From NCBI GenBank assembly GCA_029210645.1, contig JARGFT010000001.1, forward strand, positions 1,035-65,034: 64,000 nt of DNA, in the 5' to 3' direction. Below, in pieces: positions 19,485-28,571 of this stretch (positions are counted from its first letter, which is position 1; the number at the start of each line of letters is the position of its first letter). A program made the position numbers and the translations under genes. The stretch is from Anaerosomatales bacterium (GTDB lineage: Bacteria; Actinomycetota; Coriobacteriia; Anaerosomatales; SLCP01). The notes beneath the pieces were generated by a model. That model ran no database searches. It was given only the letters and a program-made list of their open reading frames with translations, and had not been told where the DNA came from.

Positions 19485-19536
19485 AGTAATCATTTGGGCC
19501 GGAACCGGTCCGGAGACGCCGAAAGGGGGTGCGCCG

Positions 19537-20895
19537 ATGCACGTCGAGACGCCTACGATGGAGGAGCTTCGCGAACAAGTGCGCTTCCTCGTCGACGAGC
19601 ACGACTGGCTCGCCGTCCGCCGACTTCTCGCGGAGATGTCCGTCCCGGAGGTCGCCGACCTGCTCGAGGGCGTCGAGATGCCCGAGCGCCTGCTGGTCTT
19701 CCGCCTCCTGCCCCGTGACTTCTCCGACGACGTCTTCTCCTACCTTGACGGGCCCGAGCAGGACGTCATCCTCGGAGGGCTGACCGACCGTGAGACGCGG
19801 CGCCTCCTCGCCTCCATGGCGCCTGACGACCGTACCGAGCTCTTCGAAGAGCTCCCCGGAGAGATCACCCAGAAGCTGCTGAATCTGCTCGACGCAGGCG
19901 ATCTTGCCGAGGTCCGCCAACTGCTCGGATACCCCGAGGAGAGCGTCGGGCGGCTCGCGACCACCGACTACGTCGCCATCCGTCCACAGTGGACGGTCGC
20001 GCACGCGCTCGAACACATCCGCCAGCGGGGGCGCGACTCCGAGACCATCGACGTCGTGTACGTCACCGACCGAACGTGGCACCTCGAGGGCGTGTGCGAG
20101 CTGAGGCGGCTCATCCTCGCCGAGCCCGATCATCTGGTGAGCGACGTCATGGAACCGGTGCACACCCGGGTGACCGCGTTCGACGACCAGGAAGAGGCGG
20201 TCCGCGAGATGCAGCGTCACGACACCGTGGCGCTGCCGGTGGTGGACTCGGCGGGCGTGCTCATCGGCATCGTCACCGCGGACGATGTCTTCGACGTCCT
20301 CGAAGAAGAGGTCACCGAGGACATCCACCGCACGGCGTCCGTCCAGCCACTGCGCCAGAGCTACCGACGCCTGAGCGTGTTCGACCTGTACGGCAAGCGC
20401 ATCGGCTGGCTCGCGATCCTTCTCGTGGTGAACCTCGTTTCCTCTCAGGTCATCTCCGCCTACGAGGAAACGCTTATGGCAGCCATCGCGCTCGCATTCT
20501 TCATCCCGCTGCTGATCGCCACGGGCGGTAACACCGGCTCGCAGTCGGCGATGATGATGGTGCGCGCGCTGGTCACCGACGACGTCGGTCCCGGCCAGTG
20601 GGCGAGCACCTTCGTCAAGGAGCTCGGTGTGGGCCTCATGCTCGGCGTGACGCTGGCTGGCGGATCGTTCTTCCTCGGCCTGTTCAGAGGCGATTGGCGC
20701 ATCGGCGTGGTTGTGGGATCGTCCATGGCCGCGATCGTTGTGGTCTCCAACATCATCGGGATGTCGCTGCCGTTCCTTTTCACCAAGATCGGGCAGGACC
20801 CCACGGTGGCTTCCAGCCCGCTCATCACCTCGCTTGCCGACGTGACGGGGCTCCTCATCTACTTCGGGATCGCACGGGCCGTCCTGCAGATCTGA
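19537..20895 (+). CDS. mgtE: magnesium transporter MgtE
   Basis: N-domain, tandem CBS domains, and a C-terminal TM domain with PLLIATGGNTGSQS. Confidence 0.9.
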   Translation: MHVETPTMEELREQVRFLVDEHDWLAVRRLLAEMSVPEVADLLEGVEMPERLLVFRLLPRDFSDDVFSYLDGPEQDVILGGLTDRETRRLLASMAPDDRTELFEELPGEITQKLLNLLDAGDLAEVRQLLGYPEESVGRLATTDYVAIRPQWTVAHALEHIRQRGRDSETIDVVYVTDRTWHLEGVCELRRLILAEPDHLVSDVMEPVHTRVTAFDDQEEAVREMQRHDTVALPVVDSAGVLIGIVTADDVFDVLEEEVTEDIHRTASVQPLRQSYRRLSVFDLYGKRIGWLAILLVVNLVSSQVISAYEETLMAAIALAFFIPLLIATGGNTGSQSAMMMVRALVTDDVGPGQWASTFVKELGVGLMLGVTLAGGSFFLGLFRGDWRIGVVVGSSMAAIVVVSNIIGMSLPFLFTKIGQDPTVASSPLITSLADVTGLLIYFGIARAVLQI

Positions 20896-20977
20896 ACCCG
20901 GCCGGACGGGCGCTCCGCGCACAGAGGGGTAGGTACTCTCTGACAGCGAGAGCAGCGACGAGGGAAGGGACGGGAGC

Positions 20978-22540
20978 ATGCCCGCTACACCGAGTGTGCT
21001 GATCGATCCGGACCGATTCGACGCCGTCATCTTCGACATGGACGGCGTCATCACCGATACGGCGGGGCTCCATGCCGAGGCGTGGAAGCGCCTCTTCGAC
21101 GACTTCCTGCGCAAGCACGCCGAGGAGACCCGCGGCGAGTTCGTGCCCTTCGACATCGAGCACGACTACCTGCCGTACGTCGACGGGAAGGCGCGCCACG
21201 ACGGCGTGCGGTCCTTCCTTCAATCGCGCGGGATCGAGCTTCCCGAGGGAGAGGACGATGACCCGCCCGAGGCCACGACTGTCCACGGCCTGGGCACGCG
21301 CAAGAACGGGTACTTCCTCGAGGCGATGGCGGAGCATGGCGCCGAGGCGTTCCCCTCGGCGGTCGCGCTCGTGCGCACGTTGCGCGACGCGGGCGTGGCC
21401 ACCGCGATCATCTCGGCGTCGCGCAACGCGGCAAGCGTGCTCGCCTCAGCCGGGGTCGATAGGCTCTTCGACGTGCGGGTGGACGGCGACACGGCGGCAG
21501 AGCTCGGCCTGGCCGGCAAGCCGGACCCAGCCGTGTTCCTCGAGGCCGCTCGCCGGCTCGGCGCACGCCCGGAGCGTGCCGTGGTGGTCGAGGACGCCGA
21601 ATCGGGGGTGGAGGCCGGTCGCAGCGGCGGGTTCGGGCTCGTGATCGGGGTCGACCGGGCCGGCCGGCCGGAGCGTTTGCTGGACGGCGGGGCCGATCTC
21701 GTCGTCGACGACCTCGCGCAGGTCGAGGTCGTCACGCGAGCGCCGATGCACTCGCTGCCCGACGCGCTCGAGAGCTGGGACGCGATTCGAGATCGCTTTG
21801 ACCGACGCGAACCTGCGGTCTTCCTGGATTACGACGGGACGCTCACTCCGATCGTGGAACGCCCCGAGGACGCGCTGCTCACCCCCGAGATGCGTGAGAA
21901 GATACGACGGCTCGCGGAGCGCTGTCTGGTGGCCGTGGTCAGCGGGCGCGACGTCGGGTTCGTGGTCGAGCAGGTCGCGCTGGACTCGGTGCTCTACCTC
22001 GGCAGCCACGGGTTCGACGTCGTCGTTCCGGAAGGTCGGCAGCTGCACCAGGAGCGTCTCGGAGAGTTCGAGTCCTTCCTCGGCCCGCTTGATGCCGCGG
22101 AGGCCGAGATCGCCGGGCGCGTGGAGAAGGTGGCGGGAGCCCGTATCGAGCGCAAGAAGTACGCGATCGCGGTGCACTACCGGCAGGTCGCCGACGGAGA
22201 CGTCCCGGCCGTCGAGCGCGCTGTTGACGAGGTGCTGTCGCACCACCCCGAGCTTCGCAAGACCGGCGGCAAGAAGGTGTTCGAGCTGCGTCCCGACATC
22301 GATTGGGACAAGGGGCGTGCTCTCATGTGGGTGCTCGAGGCGCTCGGCATGGATGACGGCCGCCATGCTCCGGTCTACGTCGGCGACGACCTCACCGACG
22401 AGGACGCGTTTGCCGTCGTGCGGGGAGACGGACTAGCCGTGGTAGTGGGCTCCGATGAGCGCACGACCCTCGCCGAGTACCGCGTCCGGGACACCGAGGC
22501 GGCAGGAGAAGTGCTGGAGCGGCTGGCGCTGCTGGCGTAA
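20978..22540 (+). CDS. fusion protein: beta-phosphoglucomutase-like HAD domain plus trehalose-6-phosphate phosphatase domain
   Basis: The N-terminal half has the DAVIFDMDGVITDT HAD motif I and VVEDAESGVEAG. The C-terminal half has AVFLDYDGTLTPIV (OtsB motif I) and YVGDDLTDEDAF. Confidence 0.8.
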   Translation: MPATPSVLIDPDRFDAVIFDMDGVITDTAGLHAEAWKRLFDDFLRKHAEETRGEFVPFDIEHDYLPYVDGKARHDGVRSFLQSRGIELPEGEDDDPPEATTVHGLGTRKNGYFLEAMAEHGAEAFPSAVALVRTLRDAGVATAIISASRNAASVLASAGVDRLFDVRVDGDTAAELGLAGKPDPAVFLEAARRLGARPERAVVVEDAESGVEAGRSGGFGLVIGVDRAGRPERLLDGGADLVVDDLAQVEVVTRAPMHSLPDALESWDAIRDRFDRREPAVFLDYDGTLTPIVERPEDALLTPEMREKIRRLAERCLVAVVSGRDVGFVVEQVALDSVLYLGSHGFDVVVPEGRQLHQERLGEFESFLGPLDAAEAEIAGRVEKVAGARIERKKYAIAVHYRQVADGDVPAVERAVDEVLSHHPELRKTGGKKVFELRPDIDWDKGRALMWVLEALGMDDGRHAPVYVGDDLTDEDAFAVVRGDGLAVVVGSDERTTLAEYRVRDTEAAGEVLERLALLA

Positions 22541-22551
22541 GGGGAGTAGCG

Positions 22552-24951
22552 GTGAGCGTGTGGACCCTGACATACGAGGGATACGACCCCGAGCAGGAGC
22601 GATTGCGAGAAGCGCTCTGCACCGTCGGGAACGGCTACCTGGCTACGCGCGGAGCGGCACCGGAGTCGACAGCAGGCCCTCACCACTACCCGGGAACCTA
22701 CCTCGGCGGGTACTTCAACCGCCTGACTTCTGAGATCCACGGTCGCGAAGTGGCGAACGAATCCATGGTCAACATGCCCAACTGGCTGCCGCTGACGTTT
22801 CGCCCGTCCGGCGGTGCGTGGTTCGAACTGGACTCCGGGGTCTACGAGATCCTCGAGTACGTCCAGGAGTTCGACCTGAAGCGCGGAGTGCTTACGCGGC
22901 GCGTTCGCGTGCGCGATACCGACGGTCGCACTACGGCGGTCACGCAGCGCCGATTCGCTCACATGGGACACCGGCACCTCGCGGGGCTCGAGACGACGGT
23001 GCTCGCCGAGGACTGGTCGGGCACGCTTGAGTTCCGCACCGCGATCGACGGGACCGTCGCGAACACCGGTGTCGATCGGTATCTGGATCTCCCCAGCGTG
23101 CACCTGGAGCCTCGCGAGGAAGGGTTCGAGGGAGAGATCTCCTGGCTCGCGGTCGAGACGAACCAGTCGCATCTCCGGGTCGCCGAGGCGGTCCGCATCC
23201 GGGTGTTCGACGCCAACGACGAGCTCATCGAGCCCGGGCTCGAGTACACGACCTCACCCGGGCATGTCGAGTGCGCGTTCGCCGTCGAGGCGGCCGAGGG
23301 GGAGGCGATCACCGTCGAGAAGATCGCGGCGGTCTTCGGCTCGCGCGACAAGGCGATCTCCGAGCCGCTGCACGAGGCCCGGACCCACGTTTCCCGCGCA
23401 CGCTCCTTCGACGATCTCCTCGTCTATCACGGGCTGGTGTGGGGGCAGATGTGGGGCCGCTTCGAGACTGAGGTCGACCCGGGTGATGGCGACCGGGTGG
23501 GGATGGTGCTCAACCTGCACGTCCTGCACATGTTGCAGACCATCTCGCACAACTCGATCGACATGGACGTGGGCGTGCCGGCGCGCGGGCTGCACGGCGA
23601 GGCGTACCGCGGCCACATCTTCTGGGACGAGATCTTCGTCTTCCCGCTGATCAACTTCCGCCTGCCCTCGCTCACCCGTGCGCTTCTTGCGTACCGCTAC
23701 CGTCGCCTGAACGAGGCCCGCTTCCTCGCGTACCAGGAGGGGCATGCGGGTGCGCTCTATCCGTGGCAGAGCGGGTCGAACGGTGCCGAGGAAACGCAGA
23801 CGTACCACCTCAACCCGATGTCGGGCGAGTGGAAACCCGATAATTCGCACCTTCAACGTCACGTGAACATCGCGGTCGCCTACAACGTCTGGTCGTACTA
23901 CCTCGTGACCTCGGATGAGGAGTTTCTCGCCTACCAGGGCACCGAGATGCTCGTCGAGATCGCGCGTTTCTGGGCGAGCCTGGCGACATACAACAAGGTC
24001 ACCGACCGCTACGACATCCTCGGCGTGATGGGCCCGGACGAGTACCACGACGGGTATCCGGACGCCGACGAGCCCGGCCTGAATAACAACGCGTACACCA
24101 ACGTGATGGCCGCATGGACGCTCTGTCGTGCCCAGGACGCTCTCGATGCGCTGCGTCCTTACCGCCAGGAGGAGTTGTGGCAGCGTCTCGCGCTCAGCCG
24201 CGAGGAGATCGAGGCGTGGGACGAGATCAGCCGCAAGCTCACCGTGCCCTTCCACGACGGGGTCATCAGCCAGTTCGAGGGCTACGAGGACCTCGAGGAG
24301 TTCGACTGGGACGGCTATCGCGAGAAGTACGGCGACATCCAGAGGCTCGATCGCATCCTTCATGCCGAGGGGGATACGCCGAACCGCTACAAGGTGTCCA
24401 AGCAGGCCGACGTGCTCATGCTCTTCTACCTGCTCTCGGACGAGCGGCTGGCCGAGCTGTTCGAACGGCTCGGCTACGGGTGCGACCAGCAGGTCATTCA
24501 TTCGACTATCGACTACTATCTGGCCCGGACGTCGCACGGCTCGACGCTCAGCGGTATCGTGCACTCGTGGGTGATCGCCCGCCGTGACCGCGGGCACTCC
24601 TGGGAGCTGTTCGTAGAGGCGCTCGAGAGCGACATCTCCGACGTGCAGGGCGGCACGACCGCCGAGGGCATCCACCTTGGGGCCATGGCCGGCACCGTCG
24701 ACCTCCTGCAGCGTGCGTACACGGGGCTCAATCCCCGAGAAGGGGTGCTCTGGTTCGATCCCGCGCTGCCCGACCCGGTACGCGAGCTCTCGATCACCAT
24801 CCGCTACCACGGCATGTGGCTCGGCGTACAGTTCACGAAGTCGAAGCTGGTGGTCACCTCCGACGCGTCGGACTCCGGCGTGTGCCAGATCGGCGTGCGC
24901 GACACGCTCCACGACTACGAGCCGGGTCAGACGCTCGAGGTGTGGTTGTAG
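22552..24951 (+). CDS. glycoside hydrolase family 65 phosphorylase (trehalose/kojibiose/maltose phosphorylase-like)
   Basis: 799 aa. LATRG near the N-terminus, the RGLHGEAYRGHIFWDE catalytic-region motif and the GIHLGAMAG segment are typical of GH65. Confidence 0.85.
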   Translation: MSVWTLTYEGYDPEQERLREALCTVGNGYLATRGAAPESTAGPHHYPGTYLGGYFNRLTSEIHGREVANESMVNMPNWLPLTFRPSGGAWFELDSGVYEILEYVQEFDLKRGVLTRRVRVRDTDGRTTAVTQRRFAHMGHRHLAGLETTVLAEDWSGTLEFRTAIDGTVANTGVDRYLDLPSVHLEPREEGFEGEISWLAVETNQSHLRVAEAVRIRVFDANDELIEPGLEYTTSPGHVECAFAVEAAEGEAITVEKIAAVFGSRDKAISEPLHEARTHVSRARSFDDLLVYHGLVWGQMWGRFETEVDPGDGDRVGMVLNLHVLHMLQTISHNSIDMDVGVPARGLHGEAYRGHIFWDEIFVFPLINFRLPSLTRALLAYRYRRLNEARFLAYQEGHAGALYPWQSGSNGAEETQTYHLNPMSGEWKPDNSHLQRHVNIAVAYNVWSYYLVTSDEEFLAYQGTEMLVEIARFWASLATYNKVTDRYDILGVMGPDEYHDGYPDADEPGLNNNAYTNVMAAWTLCRAQDALDALRPYRQEELWQRLALSREEIEAWDEISRKLTVPFHDGVISQFEGYEDLEEFDWDGYREKYGDIQRLDRILHAEGDTPNRYKVSKQADVLMLFYLLSDERLAELFERLGYGCDQQVIHSTIDYYLARTSHGSTLSGIVHSWVIARRDRGHSWELFVEALESDISDVQGGTTAEGIHLGAMAGTVDLLQRAYTGLNPREGVLWFDPALPDPVRELSITIRYHGMWLGVQFTKSKLVVTSDASDSGVCQIGVRDTLHDYEPGQTLEVWL

Positions 24952-25736
24952 CGCCTGCGCGGGTACCGCTGCGAGCTCGTGGCACCGCTCCCGTCGAGTG
25001 CGATGATGGAGACCTCGAGGTCTGTCGGCGTGATCGTCAGCACGTTGTACGAGGGCGGGATCTCGCCGCGGGTACGCCACGTGCTCGCGGTCCCGCTCGT
25101 GACGATGAACATCCGGTTTACCTGCCACACGTAGGGTACGTGCCGGTGTCCTGCGAGGACGAGGTCGACCGAGTAACGGTCGAGGATCGCGAGCACGTCA
25201 CCGGCGTCGAGTACGATGTTGCGCTCCCGGCCCGTGTCGGGGATGCCAACAAGGTGATGATGGATCACCACGATAGTGAAGGCCGGTGGTCCCTCGAGCT
25301 GTTCGGCGAGCCAGTCGTACCGGTGACGGCCGAGCTCGCCGTCGTTGAGGTCTGGCTTGCTCGAGTCGATCGATACGATGCGAACGCGCTCGCAGCCCAC
25401 GGCGGGGTCGTGAGCCTCGAACACGAGCTCCCTGCAGTCCCAGCGCGTTCCGAACATCTCGGCAAAGTGCAGGTAGCCCACGTTCCTGCTGTCGTGGTTC
25501 CCGGGGATGACGATCACCTCGGGGCATACGAGGCGGTCGATCTCGGCCTTCGCGATCTCGAACTGGTCGCGATAGCCGTTGACGGTGAGGTCGCCGGGGA
25601 TGACCACGAGATCGGGACAGAGGGCGTTCACATCGTCAATGACCTTCTCGAGCATCTCCGGGTCGTAGCGACCGTCGCCGCAGTGCAGGTCCGAGAGCTG
25701 CGCGATGACGAACCGGTCTGCTGCATCCGGGCACAT
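24927..25736 (-). CDS. metallophosphoesterase (calcineurin-like)
   Basis: SDLHCGD, PGDLT and PGNHD motifs. ATG 25736. The 3' end overlaps the convergent GH65 gene by 25 nt. Confidence 0.75.
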   Translation of the reverse strand: MCPDAADRFVIAQLSDLHCGDGRYDPEMLEKVIDDVNALCPDLVVIPGDLTVNGYRDQFEIAKAEIDRLVCPEVIVIPGNHDSRNVGYLHFAEMFGTRWDCRELVFEAHDPAVGCERVRIVSIDSSKPDLNDGELGRHRYDWLAEQLEGPPAFTIVVIHHHLVGIPDTGRERNIVLDAGDVLAILDRYSVDLVLAGHRHVPYVWQVNRMFIVTSGTASTWRTRGEIPPSYNVLTITPTDLEVSIIALDGSGATSSQRYPRRRYNHTSSV

Positions 25737-25841
25737 GGCGCTCCTTCCGCCGGGGCCTCCTAGGGATAGATTCCCCCCGGCACGGCGGCGTCTCACGGGC
25801 GAGGCTCTCCCGGCGCGTGCCACGTGCTATACTCGCGTGAC

Positions 25842-25927
25842 ACGGCACAAAGACGTGCCGTCCATAGCGCAACGAGCAATGAAGCTCGCCTGGCCCATTC
25901 GGGGCCCCGGCGGGCTTTTTCGTTTTT
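25842..25927 (+). promoter_or_regulatory. candidate ANTAR-target leader: two hexaloop hairpins overlapping an intrinsic terminator
   Basis: P1 spans 25842-25861 (ACGGCAC-AAAGAC-GTGCCGT). P2 spans 25873-25888 (CGAGC-AATGAA-GCTCG). The terminator stem spans 25884-25915 and is followed by TTTTTCGTTTTT (25916-25927). Both loops have A at position 1 and G at position 4. An extended -10 TGCTATACT lies at 25825-25833. Confidence 0.5.
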
Positions 25928-25954
25928 CGGGCAGCGTGACAGGAGGATGGCGGC

Positions 25955-27292
25955 ATGAAAGAGTTCGCGGCGTTCTGGGGGTGCACGATCCCCGCACGCT
26001 TCCCGTTCATCGAGAAGGCGACGCGACTGGTGTGGGAAGACCTCGGTGCACGCGTGCACGAACTCGAGGGCCACACCTGCTGCCCCGAGGGCGTGCTCGT
26101 CAAAGCGAACGACGAGCAGGCGTTCTACACCGCCGCGGCGCGCAACCTCGCTCTCGTGGAGCGGGCCGAGCTCGACGTCGTCACCCCGTGCAACGGCTGC
26201 TACTCGACGTTCAAGGAGGCTCAGAGTCACCTGCGCACCAGGTGGCGTGAGCGCGACGCCGTCAACGAGCGGCTTGCGCGCGAAGACCTGCACTACTCCG
26301 GCTCGAACAAGGTCGTCCACTTCGCCGAGTGGCTCTCCGACGAGATGGGTGCCGGGCTCGTGGCCTCGCGGGCGGTCAGGCCGCTGTGGGGGATGCGTAT
26401 CGCGGTCCACTACGGGTGCCACCTCCTGCGCCCGCAGCCGGCGGTACGGTGGGACGACCCGTTGCACCCCAGTAAGGTAGAGGAGATCGTCACGGCTCTG
26501 GGCGCGCGGGTGGTCGACTACCCGACCAAGATGCAGTGTTGCGGTGGCGCCCTCGACCGGGTAGGGGAGCGTGAGTCCTCGCTCGCCTTCGCGCGGCGCA
26601 AGCTCGTCGACGTGCAGCGCGAAGAGGTCGACGCGCTCGTCGTGGTCTGCCCGAGCTGTTTCCAGCAGTTCGATCTGAACCAGGCGGCCCTGCAGCGTGC
26701 CACGGAGGACATCAACGTTCCGGTCTTCTACCTCGCAGAGCTCATCGCACTGACATACGGGCACGAGCCCGCCGAGATCGGCCTGGATATGCACCGCGTG
26801 TCTGTCCAGCCGTTCCTCGAGCGGTGGGGGTCTCGTACCGCCGACAAGGTGCGCCTGGCCTCGCACTTCGACGTGGCGATGCTCGGGAAGTGCTATTCGT
26901 GCCAGGCGTGCAAGGACGATTGTCCGGTGTGCAAGGTCGACCCGAGCTTCCAGCCGACCGAGATCATCGGCGATCTGGTGCGCGGCTACCTCGACGACGT
27001 AGTTGCCGACAGCCAGCTCTGGAAGTGCCTGGAGTGCTACACCTGCCAGGAGCTGTGCCACTCCGACATCGGCATGGCCGAGACGTTCAGGCAGCTCAAG
27101 GAGCTTGCGATGGCATCGGGCAGCGGGCCCGAGTCGGTCTCGGCCGCCTACCAGACCTTCCTGGAGACGGGAGTCCTCGGCAAACCGAGGGAGTCCGCGC
27201 GCAAGAAGCTCGGACTCTCACCCCTGCCTGCGACCGGTGGAGACGCCGTGTCCCACCTGATCGACTGCGCGACCGAGATCAAGGGAGAGTAG
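25955..27292 (+). CDS. heterodisulfide-reductase-like protein, HdrB (2x CCG domain) fused to an HdrC-like 2x[4Fe-4S] domain
   Basis: CCG-domain cysteines (GHTCCPEG, PCNGC, MQCCGGAL, VVCPSCF) are followed by CYSCQACKDDCPVCK and CLECYTCQELCHSD. SD AGGAGG at 25941-25946. Confidence 0.75.
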   Translation: MKEFAAFWGCTIPARFPFIEKATRLVWEDLGARVHELEGHTCCPEGVLVKANDEQAFYTAAARNLALVERAELDVVTPCNGCYSTFKEAQSHLRTRWRERDAVNERLAREDLHYSGSNKVVHFAEWLSDEMGAGLVASRAVRPLWGMRIAVHYGCHLLRPQPAVRWDDPLHPSKVEEIVTALGARVVDYPTKMQCCGGALDRVGERESSLAFARRKLVDVQREEVDALVVVCPSCFQQFDLNQAALQRATEDINVPVFYLAELIALTYGHEPAEIGLDMHRVSVQPFLERWGSRTADKVRLASHFDVAMLGKCYSCQACKDDCPVCKVDPSFQPTEIIGDLVRGYLDDVVADSQLWKCLECYTCQELCHSDIGMAETFRQLKELAMASGSGPESVSAAYQTFLETGVLGKPRESARKKLGLSPLPATGGDAVSHLIDCATEIKGE

Positions 27293-27294
27293 CG

Positions 27295-28569
27295 ATGCGA
27301 TACGAACCGCTTCTGGAGCGCATGCCAACCACGCGCATCCCGTCCTTCACCGATCGTGAGGGCGTATCTCGCGGGGAGCGCCCCCGCTACGCCGAGGAAG
27401 CCCCGTTCAAGATCCACGGCGGGTGCGGGCTGATGGGCATCTGTGACGAGTCCGGATCGCTCATGAGCGGGGAGGTGCCGATCCGCGCGATGGCGGTGCA
27501 ACGCGACCGTGGCAACGGTCTGGGCGGAGGCTTCGCCGGTTACGGCATCTACCCCGAGTTCCCGGACCATTTCTGCTTCCACATGATGTACCACGACCTG
27601 AGGGCCAAGGAGGACGCCGAGGCGCTCTTCGACCGGTACTTCCAGATCGATCTTGCCGAGCCCATGCCTACGAGGCCCGTTAAGGGCATCGGCGACGCTC
27701 CGCTGCTCTGGCGCTACTTCCTCAACCCCGATCCTCACAAGCTCGAGGCCGCCGAGATGACGCCCGAGGACTTCGTCGTGCATTCGGTCATGCTCATAAA
27801 CTCCACCGTCGACGGGGCGTTCGTCGCCTCGAGCGGCAAGAACATGGGCGCGTTCAAGGGCGTGGGCTTCCCCGAGGAGATCGGTCACTACTACCTGCTC
27901 GAAGAGTACGAGGGCCACACGTGGGTCGGACACAACCGTTTCCCGACCAATACGCCTGGCTGGTGGGGCGGCGCGCATCCGTTCACGCTGCTTGACTGGT
28001 CGATCGTGCACAACGGCGAGATCTCGAGCTACGGCATCAACAGTCGCTATCTCGAGCAGTTCGGCTACAAGTGCACGCTCGGCACCGACACGGAGGTTGC
28101 CGCCTACCTGTTCGACCTGATGTTGCGCCGTCACCAGCTGCCGATCGAACTCGCGTGCAAGGCGCTCGCAAGCCCGCTGTGGTCCGAGATCGACCGCATG
28201 CCCGCAGAGGAGCAGGCCGTCATGCGCTCGCTGCGCGCGGTCTACGGGCCGGGCATGCTCAACGGGCCGTTCGCCATCGTGCTCGGATTCAACGGCGGGA
28301 TGGTTGCGCTCAACGACCGCATCAAGCTGCGGCCGCTCGTCGCCGCCCGGCAGGGATCGATCGTCATGGTCGCATCCGAGGAGAGCGCGATCCGTGAGGT
28401 GCTCGATGCGCCCGACCGTGTGTGGGCGCCGAAGGCCGGCGAGCCTGTGATCGCCACTGTCTCGGGAAACGGATCGCCCGTCCACTCAGACCTGCATCTG
28501 TCCGCCGATGAAGTCTCGTGTGCCGTTACCGGCATGCTCGAGACCTGCGACGCCGTCGAGGTGAGCTAG
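27295..28569 (+). CDS. class II glutamine amidotransferase domain protein (glutamate synthase domain 1, archaeal-type split GltB)
   Basis: GGCGLMGI nucleophile context, QRDRGNGLGGG and HNRFPTN.. motifs. ATG 27295 is in frame in track ORF 26824..28569. Confidence 0.8.
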   Translation: MRYEPLLERMPTTRIPSFTDREGVSRGERPRYAEEAPFKIHGGCGLMGICDESGSLMSGEVPIRAMAVQRDRGNGLGGGFAGYGIYPEFPDHFCFHMMYHDLRAKEDAEALFDRYFQIDLAEPMPTRPVKGIGDAPLLWRYFLNPDPHKLEAAEMTPEDFVVHSVMLINSTVDGAFVASSGKNMGAFKGVGFPEEIGHYYLLEEYEGHTWVGHNRFPTNTPGWWGGAHPFTLLDWSIVHNGEISSYGINSRYLEQFGYKCTLGTDTEVAAYLFDLMLRRHQLPIELACKALASPLWSEIDRMPAEEQAVMRSLRAVYGPGMLNGPFAIVLGFNGGMVALNDRIKLRPLVAARQGSIVMVASEESAIREVLDAPDRVWAPKAGEPVIATVSGNGSPVHSDLHLSADEVSCAVTGMLETCDAVEVS

Positions 28570-28571
28570 AG

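Noticed and set aside
19485-19536. Possible Mg2+ riboswitch (M-box) upstream of mgtE
   Set aside because: Only 52 nt separate the pdtaR stop from the mgtE start, far too short for an M-box. Only a small CCGGA/TCCGG hairpin is present.
26824-27294. 5' extension of the amidotransferase ORF (track start 26824)
   Set aside because: It overlaps the 3' third of the hdrBC-like gene in a different frame. ATG 27295 follows the hdrBC stop by 2 nt.
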